Shown: piece by piece, positions 1-11,300 of the stretch
Position numbering within the stretch: position 1 is the stretch's first letter
How the letters are laid out: the number at the start of each line of letters is the position of its first letter
NCBI GenBank assembly: GCA_048213135.1
Contig: PS015101.1
Location: 51,514 to 88,278 of the forward strand
Length of the DNA stretch: 36,765 bases
Reading direction: 5' to 3'
Origin: Reclinomonas americana ATCC 50394
Taxonomy: Eukaryota
Notes under the pieces: generated by a model
What the model was told of the DNA's origin: nothing
Database searches by the model: none
What the model saw: the letters and a program-made list of their open reading frames with translations, nothing else
Translations under genes and position numbers: made by a program

Positions 1-179
1 ACGGGAACGGAAGAGAAAGGGGAGCAGAAAGGGGAAGAGAAGGGGGAAGACAAAGGGGAGAGATGAAAGGGGAAGAGAAGGGGAAGCGAGAAGGGGGAAC
101 AGGGAGAAGAGAGGGAAAGAGTGCCATGAGTAGGCACAAGGAGAGGCGGTGAGAGATAGAGTTGCTTGCGTGCTCTCAC

Positions 180-1493
180 CGGCGAATGAGCACATTGGGC
201 AGCGCCTTGGGATACAGCTGACACACCCGCGCGACGAGCAGCGCCAGCGTCACGCCACCAAAGAAGCCAAGAATATTCGAATACACGCCACGCCCTGTCG
301 GAAACGAACAAAATAAGAGGCAACCGCTTGCACAACGCTGCCTTGCATGCCCGCAACTGCGCGCCCACAACTTGACCGCCCGCAACGTGACACGAAACGG
401 CTCAATGCGCGGCACCAACCGAAAGAACTCGGCCGCCACACGCGGACCATTCAACGACCTCTGCGTCTGCTCATCGACTCCGCGCAAGTGATTCTCATCC
501 AACACATCCCACTCGACGCCCGGCTGCGGCGCCGATGCCACCGCCGCAAAGAGCAAATCCACGGGCACTCCACGACAGCGGAACTTGATCACAGGCACGT
601 ACGCATCGGGAACAGGCTGTCGTGCATGTCAACAGAGAGAGAGAGAGAGAGAGCAGTCAGAAGGAGAGCACGAGACACAGGGAGAAAAACGGCAGGGAGA
701 ACGATGGCAGGGAGAACGACGCACAGGGAGAAAAACGACAGGGAGAGAGAAGTGAGAACCACACAAACAGGGAAAGAAACGGCAGGGAGAGAGACGTAAG
801 AGAACGACACACATAGAGAGAAAGAGAGTACGAGACACACTCAAGACAAACATACAGGGAGAGAAGAGAAAGGAGAGAATGAGAGACTTGTTCTTTGAAA
901 AATGCATGGCAAACCGTCAACTCTGCGACATCTGCGCGCGCGGCCAGTGCATCCACAAACGACGAGAAGAAGTCGCCACGTGTCACACACGTCGGCGCAA
1001 TGACCACACTGCACGCATGCATGCATGTATGAATGATTACGTAACGGATTTTGCCTCCGTTTTTTTTCTCTTTTGTCACGCAACGCGTCAATGTCTGAGC
1101 CGCTTCCATGCACACCCAGTGCGTACGATCCAAACGGCACCATTCGCGCAGTGCCACCTGCACCTGAAAGACCCTTTGCGCGCGCACATGACTCCACCCA
1201 TTCACATGCGCATTGCTCCAGATCTCCAATGACCTTGCGTGCATGCTCTGTGTAAGCAGACTTTAGAGAGAGAGAGAAAGAGAAAGAGAGACGAAACTCG
1301 CTGTCTCAGCAATGACTCCTCCTCTGACTCGTACAGTTGAAAGTCGTGCAAAAGCGCATCTAACTCCGCAGAGGCGGCCTCGTCGGCGGCAGTCGGCTCA
1401 GTCAACGAAATGGGCTCTGGATAAATGAGTAAGAGAGAGAGAGAGAGAGAGAGAAGCAGAGAGAAAAGAGAAGGCGAGCTCACCGCCATACAT
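180..1493 (-). CDS. PAP1: Canonical nuclear poly(A) polymerase, 5' part (continues past window start), at least 5 exons
   Basis: Spliced translation MYG|EPISLTEPT...FGSYALGVHGSGSDIDA|VVIAP...|PVPDAYVPVIKF...VDLLFA...RSLNGPRVA...VKLWAR|RRGVYSNILGFFGGV...CQLYP. Contains the nucleotidyltransferase GS/DxD motif and typical PAP motifs. All introns GT-AG. Confidence 0.95.
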
Positions 1494-1499
1494 GTTATG

Positions 1500-1850
1500 T
1501 CGAAAGTGGACAATGGACAGAGCGAGCGCGGTTGTCCACTTTGATCACAGAGTGAGTGTGCAGGGTTGAATGCGTTTTGCCGTGCGCAGTGCGAGAGAGA
1601 GAGAGAGAGAGAGAGTAATGCGCGTGTGTTAGAGAGAAAAGGGGAAAGAGAGAACATCTCGAAAGTGGACAATGGACAGAGCGAGCACAGTCTGATCAGA
1701 GTGCACAACGCGTTATGCCGTGCTTAGTGCGAGAGTAGCTGTGTATGTGCATGCGTGTGTGTAATAGAGAGAAAAGAAGAAGAGCCCACTGCGATCATCT
1801 CGAATGTGGACAATCGAGAATTGTCCATTGTCCACTTTGATCACCGAGTG
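1500..1850. repeat. Three degenerate copies of a GTGGACAATGGACA / TGTCCACTTT inverted-repeat element in the divergent promoter
   Basis: TCGAAAGTGGACAATGGACAGAGCGAGC is identical at 1500-1527 and 1659-1686. A related copy lies at 1800-1845. Inverted arm TTGTCCACTTT at 1532-1542 and 1828-1838. Confidence 0.8.
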
Positions 1851-2025
1851 AGAGCGAAGGGTTTAACGCCACACACACACACGCGCGCACAGTGCAGCAA
1901 GAAAGGCGTGCACACACACGGAGCAGCACAAAGCATTACAACTTTTGTGTGTGGACAGTGCGGGACAGTGCTCACTCTGTCCCCTTCTGTCCCTTAGTGT
2001 TTGTGTGAGTGAGTGTGAGGGGAGA

Positions 2026-4812
2026 ATGTCGATGTTTGCTGTGGAAGAGGAGAATCGCGTTTTGCAGCGTGTGCTTGCACAAAAGGAGGCGGAGATTGAT
2101 CGTTTGCGCAAGGTGTGCACGCACATGCAATTCGCTTTTTTTTTCATGGCACACTCACTGACTCTCTCTCTCTCTCTCTCTCACTTGCGCTCACTCTCGA
2201 TCGCTCAATAGCAAGTGGAATACTTTGAGAAGTTGACACAGGATGGTGTGTGTGCTGTGTGCATGTGTGTGTTTGTTGTTTGTGATGTTGTTCCGACGAG
2301 GCAAACGCACAGAGCGCGGTCGAGTGGCGCAACAATCGCTGGATGATATGAAGAATAGGTGAGCGGAGAGAGAGAGAGAGAGAGAGAGAGAGGAGGAGAG
2401 AGAGAGAGGAGGAGGAGAGAGAGAGGAGGAGAGAGAGAGAGAGAGAGTCGCGACGACGACGCGTCGTACGACGTACGGACCGGACGGACGGACGGTAGTA
2501 CGGTACGACGACGANNNNNNNNNNNNNNNNNNNNNNNNNNNNNNNNNNNNNNNNNNNNNNNNNNNNNNNNNNNNNNNNNNNNNNNNNNNNNNNNNNNNNN
2601 NNNNNNNNNNNNNNNNNNNNNNNNNNNNNNNNNNNNNNNNNNNNNNNNNNNNNNNNNNNNNNNNNNNNNNNNNNNNNNNNNNNNNNNNNNNNNNNNNNNN
2701 NNNNNNNNNNNNNNNNNNNNNNNNNNNNNNNNNNNNNNNNNNNNNNNNNNNNNNNNNNNNNNNNNNNNNNNNNNNNNNNNNNNNNNNNNNNNNNNNNNNN
2801 NNNNNNNNNNNNNNNNNNNNNNNNNNNNNNNNNNNNNNNNNGTTCGCCCCTCACACTCTTCTACCTCTCGTTCTCCCCTCTCGTTCTCCCTCTCTCGTTC
2901 TGTCCCACTCTCGTTCTCCCTCTCTCGTTCTCCCTCTCTCGTTCTCCCCTCTCGTTCTCCCCTCTCGTTACGCCCTATCGTTCTCTCTCTCTCGCTCTCC
3001 CCTCTCGCTCTCCCCCTCTCGCTCTCCCCCTCTCCTTCTCTCGGTCTCCCCTCTTGTTCTCCCCTCTCGCTCTCCCTCTTGCTCTCCCCTCTTGCTCTCC
3101 CCTCTTGCTCTCCCCTCTTGCTCTCCCCTCTCGCTCTCCCCTCTCGTTCTCCCTCTCGCTCTCCCTCTCGTTCTCCCTCCCTCGCTCCCCTCTCGTTCTC
3201 CCCCTCTCGTCCTCCCCTCTCGTTCCTCCCTCTCGTTCTCCCTCTCTCGTTCCTCCCTCTCGTTCTCCCCCTCTCGTTCTCCCCTCTCGTTCCGCGCTCT
3301 CGTTCCGCCCCTCTCGCTCATCACCTCCCCCGCAGCTACGAGGCACAGCTGCGACAGATGCGACTCGATCACGAGGTGACTGTGCGCGACATCAAGCGCG
3401 CGTATGAGAAGGAGACGCAGCGAGTTGCGTCTCTTTGAAGTGTGTGCATCTCCATTGCCTCTTCGTCTTCACTCACTTTATGAGCCGCGACAGCTGGAGC
3501 GCAATGCCGCGGTGGCGCTGGATCGCATGTATAGCGGGCGATCGACGGAGGAGTTTGTGCATCGGAATCAGGTGGAGGAGCTGCGTGAGCGATTCAATGC
3601 GCAGGCCAAGGCGCTGGAGGAGGCGCTGGAGCGGGAGCAGAGGCGGGCGGATGAGGCGCGTGAGGCATACCATCGACTGGCGGTGGAGTCGAGTGGGCGC
3701 ATCAAGCAGCTGGAGCACGAGGTGCGTGTGGCGCGACGGCTGGCCGACACGGACGAGACAATGGCAGCGTTGGGTATCGATCGCTCGGAGCGTGGAACGA
3801 CGGGACGGAAGGACCGCCTGCTCAGCAGCGGAGGAGGAGGCAGCGGCGGTGGGCTGCGCACGCCCACGAACAAGGCGCAGTCGTCGTCGGCGTCGTCGTC
3901 GGATGAGGACGAGGCGGCGGCGCACAGTCGCTTCTTCAACGACAAGTTGCTGGAGTTCCGCACGAGGGAGCGCGAGTTGGTGGAGCAAATAGCGTCGACC
4001 AAGCGCACGTACGAGAAGGAAATGGCTGATGGTGAGTGGCGGGGGAGGATGGAGGAGGAGAATGAGAATGGTGAACTCACGTTTTCCTCATGTCGGGCAG
4101 TGCTGGAGAAGATGCTGGTGCTGGTCGACGAGAAGCACGCGTTGCAAGAATCGCTCAAGCACTCCAACTCGCAGCTGCTGCGTGCGCAGGCCGATGTGGA
4201 CCGCCTGCGCAACGAAGTGGATCGCTACTCGACTGTTGCGTGCACGCAGCTTTTTGTCGTGGGAGAGTTATGTGTTGTCTCACTGGGCGATTTGTTGTGT
4301 GCAGGAGCTGGAGGTCAAGATTCGCGAGTGCAATCGTCTCGAGGATCTGTCACGGCAGCTGGAGTTCGACAACAAGGACGTCAGTGAGCGGCTACGCACC
4401 ATTGAGCTCCGGCACGCTGACGCATGCAGCGAAGGTGTGTGTTCCAGAGGGGAAATGCAAGGCTTTGTCATGCTGTGCTGCCGCTCATCGATCGACAGGT
4501 GAACGGCTGCGACACCTGCTCCGTGCGGCCTCGGCACACACGCAAGAAATACTGCACGAGAACGAGGTGCTGGCGCGGCATTCGAATATTGGCCGACCTC
4601 TGTCGGCCTCGGCCCCATCACCCGCACGCAGTTCGTTCGAGACATCGCTGCGCGGCACGCGGCCTCTGCCGCAGTCGTCAATCGCCACCGATGGATCGCT
4701 AATCTCCACGCTGGCGGGCAGCGGCAGTGGTCCTGGATCGCTGTCGTTTAGTGCATTTGGCGGAGCGTCGTCCGCCGCCGCAGCCTCGAAGCGCGTGTCA
4801 TTTTTGTTGTAA
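2026..4812 (+). CDS. Coiled-coil protein of unknown function (about 8 exons, one intron spans an N-gap)
   Basis: Exons join in frame via GT-AG introns: MSMFAVEEENRVLQ...RK|QVEYFEKLTQD|ERGRVAQQSLDDMKN|SYEAQLRQ...ETQR|LERNAA...|VLEKM...|ELEVKIRE...|GERLRH...KRVSFLL*. Rich in E/R/L/Q heptads. Confidence 0.75.
2842..3320 (+). repeat. Intronic CT-rich minisatellite (CTCTCGTTCTCCC-like units)
   Basis: Repeated units directly visible, ending at the acceptor CCCCGCAG near 3335. Confidence 0.85.
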
Positions 4813-4847
4813 GTCGCAACGCCCCGCGATGCTCGAGCGTGCGTGTG

Positions 4848-5100
4848 AATGTAGCGATGATATAAACCAACACTTTCTCTGTGTGCGCGCGTGGTTCTTC
4901 ATGTAAGTTCTCTACAACTGCGCGCAGCACTTTTCTCCAATCATAATGTAGCGATGACAGAAACCGACACATTTTGCGTGTGCGCGCGTAAGTTCTCTCT
5001 ACAACTGCGTGCAGCGCTTGTCTCCAATCATAATGTAGCGATGACAGAAACCGACGCTTTTGTGTTTGCACGCGCGTGGCTCTCCATACAATTCCTCTAC
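4848..5100. repeat. Tandem repeat, about 90-97 bp unit, about 2.7 copies, between convergent stop codons
   Basis: AATGTAGCGATGA recurs at about 4848, 4945 and 5032. CTCTACAACTGCG..GCAGC..TCTCCAATCATAATG recurs twice. Confidence 0.85.
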
Positions 5101-5137
5101 GCCAAGTGCGTTACTGCGCGCACATTCTCTCATCTCC

Positions 5138-6451
5138 TCACTTCTTTTGCTTGTTCTGCACGGCGACCACGCGATCGACAAGGTCTTGCGATGCGTAGCA
5201 TTGAGCCTGTGCACCCACATGCGCGTGTCAGCACCCTCGACGATACACAGACTGCCTCTCGAGCAGAACATACCTGTGCGTCGGCCTCGCGCTGCAGGCA
5301 CCGATCGAGATCACCGAGCACCTGCTGTCGCAGACTCTGCAGGGCAGTGCGCACCGACAGGGAGCCAGCATCGGCAATCTGATACGCGATCTCCAGCGCT
5401 CGTGGCAGCACCTACGGATATGGTTCAGTCGGTGGCACGAAGCGGAGAGCTGCGGGGTTTCACGCAACATCATCGACACTCGGGCACGCCTCCAGCACCA
5501 CACCGCGCTTCGCCGCCTCGTCACCCGAAATCAATTCTCCACTCAACAGCAGATAGTTGCTGACTTGCGAGTTGCCGACAATGCGCGGCAGGAAGAAGGT
5601 GCCGCCCATGCCCGGATGCAGGTTGAGCTTGGTAAAGTTGACGCCGAGCTGTGCGTTATTCTGACGACTGAGTGTCGAAACAGAATGAGATGAAGAAGGG
5701 CGAGGATTGTTGCACCTTGGCAGTGCTCGAGGCCACGCGAATGTCGGTGGCCAGTGCCACGCACAGTCCAGCGCCCACAGCTGTGAGTGGAGAGTCAGTC
5801 GCGAGGAGAAACTCTTCTTCTATCTGCAGTGGGCGGACATACCGTGCCCGTTGATGGCCGAGATGACGGGCACTGGCAGCTGCAAGAGCGACAGGAAGCG
5901 ACCGTAACTAATACAGCAGAAGGCACGCATGTGAGTGTGTGTGTGAAAGAAAAAGAAAGACAGTGGCAAGAGGGGCGCAACAAGGCTCGCATGTGCTTCG
6001 CATTGTCGGCTGGTGTCGATCGCGACCGCTCCAGCAGGAAGTCCAGGTCGCCACCAGCACTAAAGGCACGACCGGCACCTTACACAACAAGCATCCAGTG
6101 AGTGAGTGACTCTCTGAGCAGAGTGAGGGAAGGGGGTGAGCGCGCACCAGTGAGCACCACTGCTGAGAGTGTGTCAGGCGACTCGGTCTTGAGCTGATCG
6201 ACCACTCGCACGAAAGCTTCGCCCATTTCCACGCTGAGTGCGTTCAGCTTGCTCTGTGGTGTGGCGATTTAGCAGGAGAGAGAGACTAAGAGAGAGAGAG
6301 AGAGAGATGAGGAGAATGCAACTGGTCGATTGAGTGTGATGATTGCCACACGCTTGTCGCGCTCTGCACGCGTGAGCAACACGGGTGCGTTGGCGTCGGA
6401 GGACATGAGGCGACGGAGAGGGGCGGTGGTGAGAAGTCGGCGCGCGAACAT
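5138..6451 (-). CDS. Enoyl-CoA hydratase/isomerase (crotonase family), probably mitochondrial
   Basis: Spliced: MFARRLLTTAPLRRLMSS (presequence-like)...VAIITLNRP|SKLNALS...VVLT|GAGRAFSAGGDL...|...LPVPVISAINGH|AVGAGLCVALATDIRVA...|LGVNFTKLNLHPGMGGTFFLPRIVG...QNKQKK*. Confidence 0.92.
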
Positions 6452-6619
6452 GGTCGGAAAAATGAGGAATGCATGACAGGCGGGACGCAGGCTGCTGCTC
6501 TTGCTGCGAAGTCTGCTCGTTTCGTGCTTGTTCTAGAAGGCGCCTCACACAGAGCGTTGATGAGGGATGCTCTTTCCAGCTCGCCTGGAGAAGCCGGTCT
6601 GACTGTGCAGCTAACTGGG

Positions 6620-7000
6620 ATGCGATCGCCAGTGAACTGCGCAACGGATCCGGAAGCACTGCACCCAACTCGCAGTCGGTCCTCCTATCTCACTTCGTCT
6701 TGTAGGTGTCTGACTGTGGCGCGATCACTCGTGCACTGTGCAACGGAACCGCTGCGCGAAGCTCGTAAGCATTCCTCTTCCCAGCTCGCTCAGGCGAGTT
6801 CGCAGTGCCTATTACTGCCGGTGCACTGTAGAATCGACACTGCTGCGCCCAGCTCATAGTCGTTCCTCCTTTCAGTTCCCGATGAAGAGATTGTTGGCTT
6901 CTGTTTGTGATGCCATCGCCGGTGCACTACGCAATCGGCACCGCTGCGCCCAGCTCGCAGTCAATCCCTCCCTGCGCCACGTGCACTGTTCATCGACAGA
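6620..7000. repeat. Degenerate repeat array with a conserved core of about 45 bp and dissimilar linkers
   Basis: Core GTGCACT..GCAA(T)CG..AC(C/T)GCTGC(G)CCCAGCTCGCAGTC starts at 6632, 6731, 6821 and 6922, with a partial copy at 6981. Confidence 0.65.
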
Positions 7001-7159
7001 ACCAATCCGTCCAGCAGAGATCGCGGTGTACGCTCATTGCATCCACACCACCCACTGCGCATGTAACTGTCATGCGATTCCCAGCGTTCGACAATGCTTC
7101 CCACTCGCTGCAGCTCCAACCATCGTCGTTCTTCCAAACAGGCACGATATACACTTCCA

Positions 7160-8912
7160 TCACTTGCGCTTCTTCTCAGCCGGTCGCGCTCCATCCAGTT
7201 CGTAGTCATCCAGCTGATCGTTGTAGCGCATGATCTGCACGACACGTAACGAGTCAGTGACACCAGTGGATGCAGACAGAGACACGAATCCCTCCGTGCT
7301 TTTTTCTTCCTCTCTCGTCTTTCTCTCCCTTCTCTGCTTGCCTTCGCCCTCTCCTCTCCTCTTCCTCTCTTGCCCCCTCTCCTCTCCTCTCCCTCTCTTG
7401 CTTTCTACTTCCCCTCTCGCCCTTGCCCCCCTCTCGTCTCCCCTCCTCTCCCCTCCGCGCTTCCTTCTTCCTCACTCCTGTGCTTCCCTATTCCTTTCTC
7501 GCCCTCCTCTCCCTTCCGTGCTTCCTTCTCCCTTGTCCCCGCCTTCGCCCCTCTCTCCCTCATCACCTTTTCGCGAATCTTCGAGTTGCGCGTCCACGTC
7601 ACAAAGTCTTCCATGGTGCGCGTCACATGGAACGCCGGCTCTGTCACCACGTGCGGCCCCACGCGAATGTCTGCGCAGAACAAAAAAATGAGCAATCAAT
7701 TTCGCACAGAAAAAGGGGAGACAAGGAGAGGCACACAACGTCCTTGCTCCACAAACGACACGGCCTCGGCCAGCTGCTCCGCCATCTTCAGCTTCTGCAG
7801 CATCACCGCCAGTCGCCGCCGGCAAAAGGCCGACACTGCCAGCTTCTCGCACACGGTAAGGTTGGTGGTGGAGGTGATCACGCCCATGTTGAAGCTGCGG
7901 GGGAGGAGAGAGTGTGAACGGGAGAAGGCGAAGGTGAAGGAGAAGGTGAAGAGGAGAATGAAAAGGCAAAGGATAAGAGGAGAAGGAGGAGGAGAAGAAG
8001 AGCAAGAGAGACAGGTTGAGCAGGAGGAGAGGAAGAAGATGTAAAAGAAGAAAATTAAGGAGGAGGAGGACGAGAAGAAGAAGAAGAAGAAGAAGAAGAA
8101 TAAGGAGGAGGAGGAGGACGAGAAGAAGAAGGAGAAGGCGAAGAAGACGAAGTACAAGGAGGACAACATCATGAGGAAGGAGGAAGAAGAAGAAGAGGAA
8201 GAAGAAGGGGACGAAGAAGGGGACGAAGAAGAAGAAGAAGAAGAAAGAGGAAGAGAGAACGAAGACGACGAAGAAGACAAGAAGGAGAAGAAGAAGAAGA
8301 AGAAGAAGAAGAGGAGGAGGATGAAGAAGACGGAGAAGAAGAAGAAGAAGCAGAAGAAGGAGAAGTCGGAGAAGCAGAACAAGAATAACAACAAGGAGGA
8401 CAACAACAACGACATCATGATCATCATCCCCTGCAAAACAACAACACCCTGCAGCAGAAGACACGCAACAGCTTCTCCAACAGCTGCTCAGTGACACGAA
8501 TCCTCACGGGATCACGCTGTGGCAACTCCTTCAATTGCGACACCAGCTTGGTCACCAGTCCGCACACCTTGTTGTACCTGCACTCCAGTGAGCACACAGA
8601 CACCACACGCACAGAGCAAGAGCAAGAGAGCAGACTCAACTTGGAGTAATCATCGCGATCCTGCAGGTAATACTTGCGCATCACCTCGATCTCGCGCTGC
8701 TGCTTGCTCGATCGTGTGGACGCTCCATACAAGTCCACTTTTCTCAGCAGCTGTGTGTGCACACAGAGAAAAAAAGTGAGTCTCGTGCACATTCACATCA
8801 CCAGACATGGCCGACTTGCTGATTCACTTTCTTCTCTAGATGAAGACTCAGATGACGACTGAGACACAGCGACACAACGCACCTTCTTCTCATGGTGCTT
8901 GAGCTGACGCAT
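7160..8912 (-). CDS. IMP3: U3 snoRNP protein IMP3 (6 exons)
   Basis: MRQLKHHEKK|LLRKVDLY...MRKYYLQDRDDYSK|YNKVCG...EQLLEKL|FNMGVI...VSAFCRRRLAV...FVEQG|HIRVGPHVVTEPAFHVTRTMEDFVTW...KIREK|IMRYNDQLDDYEL...*. Confidence 0.96.
7900..8430 (-). repeat. Intronic (TTC/TCC)n low-complexity expansion within IMP3
   Basis: GAA/GAG trinucleotide tract on the + strand inside the intron 7895-8469. Confidence 0.85.
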
Positions 8913-9064
8913 CCTCGCGTTCTCTCTCTTTGGTGTGATTGGTGTCGTTCGAATTCCCGCGCGCGAGCCTCGTTTGTCACAGGCCCGTCACACTCATCTG
9001 GCGTCCTCGTGGAGCGCGCATCTGTCTGTCTCCTGCCTCTCTGTGTGAGTGAGTGATATAAGCC

Positions 9065-10550
9065 ATGGGCAAGGGAAAGAAGGCCGCACGCGCGGGAGAA
9101 GATGAGGACACGAGGGTCCGTATTGCCATTGTGTCTGGCGAGCGATGCAAGCCGCGCAAGTGCAAGCAGGAGTGCAAGAAGAACTGCCCGATTGTGAAGA
9201 TGGGTGAGTGGCAGCAGAGAAAAGAAGGAGACGGGCGAAGTGGGGTTGGGACATGGTGCGCACACATGTGTGCTCACTTTCACACGCACACGTGCATGTG
9301 TGTGCACTTGAGTTGCTTGATGCGTCCATCTGCACGCGCTTGTGCCGATGTCTGTGAGTGAGTGGGCAGTGAGCAGCGAGGGGACATGTCCAAACTGCGA
9401 CTGTCTGTGTGTGTGACCACTCATGTGACCACTCGCGTGCAGGCAAGCTGTGCATTGAGGTGAATCCGGCCGACAAGATCTCCTTCATCTCCGAGGAGCT
9501 GTGCATCGGATGCGGCATCTGTGTCAAGGTTCATCAAGATTGGAAGGGCCGACTTGTCTTTTCCCAGCGCAGATCCTAACTCGGTCGTTCGTGCAGAAAT
9601 GCCCATTCGAGGCCATTGCGATCATCAATCTGCCGAAGGATTTGTCGTCGCAGACCACACATCGTTATGGACCCAACTCGTTCAAGCTGCATCGTCTGCC
9701 GCAGCCGCGTCCGGGTCAGGTGCTCGGTCTCGTCGGCTCCAATGGAACGGGCAAGTCGACAGCGCTGAAGATCCTCGTCGGCCAGTACAAGCCGAATCTG
9801 GGCCGCTGGGATGTTGCGCACGCATGCATTCGTTTCCTGTGGTGTTAGTCTTCAAGCTCAATCTCCTCTGTCTCGCTTTCCAGAACCCGCCAGAGTGGAC
9901 CGAGATCCTGCAGTACTTCCGTGGCTCGGATCTGCAAAACTACTTCACCAGGCAGCTGGAGGAGAGGCTGCGTGCCAAGATCAAGCCGCAGTACGTCGAC
10001 CACATCCCCAAGGCCGTCAACGGCACCGTGAACCAGGTGGTGGCGTCCAAGGACGAGAAGCAATGTCGCGATCATTTGCTGAGGGAACTCGGTGCGCAGT
10101 GAGCCCGTTGTCTCTCTCCCCCCTCCGCTTCTCTCTCTCTCTCTCTCACACACACACGTTCGAATAGACCTCGAGAAGATTGCTCACCGCAACGTGGGCG
10201 ACCTGAGCGGTGGTGAGCTGCAGCGCTTTGCCATTGCTGTGGTGTGGATGCAGGAGGCCGATGTGTACTTGTTTGATGAGCCGTCGTCGTACCTCGACAT
10301 CAAGCAGCGCCTCGTGGCTGCGCGCATCATTCGCGACCTGCTGACCACCGACAACTACGTGGTCGTCGTCGAGCACGATTTGTCCGTGCTGGATTACCTC
10401 TCGGACTACATTTGCATGCTGTACGGTGTGCCGGGTGCGTACGGAGTTGTCACTACCCCGTTCTCTGTCCGCGAGGGCATCAACATATTCCTGGCGGGAT
10501 TCTTGCCGACGGAGAACTTGCGCTTCCGCGAGGTGGAGCTGACCTTCAAG
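9065..10550 (+). CDS. ABCE1: ABCE1/RLI1 ribosome recycling ATPase, exons 1-5 (FeS domain and NBD1)
   Basis: [24 protein letters not shown]...|...[19 protein letters not shown]...[14 protein letters not shown]...GSNGTGKST...[12 protein letters not shown]...FDEPSSYLD...VVEHDL...ELTFK. Confidence 0.97.
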
Positions 10551-10599
10551 GTGGGTGAGGGAGAAGGGCTGGATTAGTCAAACAACTCGTTCTCTCTCT

Positions 10600-11300
10600 C
10601 TCTCTCTCTCTCACACACATTACCACCTTTTCTAGAGAAGTGGTGGGGAGCAGAGACAAAGAAAACGAGGAAGACGAGAGAGAGAAGACAGAAGGGGAGC
10701 ATGAAAAGAGAACGAATGAGAGGGGAACGAGAATGCAGAGTGAGACAGGAAGAAGAGGAGTTTGTTAGTCTTTTGCCCTGTTTCTGTTCGTGCGACTGCT
10801 GTCCTCTTCTCTCTCTCACACACACACAGTCTCTGTCGTATTGTCACCCTTGTTAGAGAAGTGAGAAGAGCAGAAAGAGAGAGAAGAGGGCAGCAGGCGC
10901 CACGAATAGACACACAGCGCAAAGCAAACGCACATCTTCTTCCTCTCACTTTCTCTTCATCCCTCCCCTGTCACTCACTCTCTATTCTTGTGCTCCATTC
11001 TTTTCTCTCTCATCTTCCTCGTTATTTTCGGGTCTCTCTCTCGCTCTCTCAGTCTCTGTCGTATTGTCACCCTTGCTAGAAAAGTGAGAAGAGCAGAAAG
11101 AGAGAGAAGAGGGCAGCAGTCGCAAGAACAGACACAGCCACAGCTCAAAGCAATACACACTATTCTTCCTCTCACTTTCTCTTCTCACTCACTCTCTTTT
11201 CTTGTACTCCCTCCCATTCTTTTTCTCTCTCATAGTCTCTCACATTGTCACATTTGCTGGAAAGTGGTGGGGAGAGCAGAACCGTAGAGGACGAGGATAA
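10600..11300. repeat. About 220-bp intronic tandem duplication in ABCE1 intron 5
   Basis: AGTCTCTGTCGTATTGTCACCCTTG.TAGA.AAGTGAGAAGAGCAGAAAGAGAGAGAAGAGGGCAGCAG at about 10828 and 11051, with partial copies near 10618 and 11235. Confidence 0.8.

Noticed and set aside
2450-2514. Odd CGACG/TACG-rich sequence before the first gap
   Set aside because: Looks like low-quality read-end noise at a contig edge (pyrosequencing-like pattern), not a biological motif.
6620-7000. CRISPR-like appearance of the repeat-linker array
   Set aside because: Eukaryotic context, repeats too divergent, irregular spacing and no cas genes. Kept only as an unexplained repeat.
7472-8497. Long poly-Leu/Phe/Ser and poly-Glu/Lys ORFs, and similar ORFs at 2968-3438 and 26053-27082
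   Set aside because: They are translations of intronic simple repeats inside well-supported genes.
8750-8880. C/D-box-like words (ATGAAGA, CTGA) in IMP3 intron 1
   Set aside because: They are antisense to the host transcript, with no convincing terminal stem or rRNA guide.
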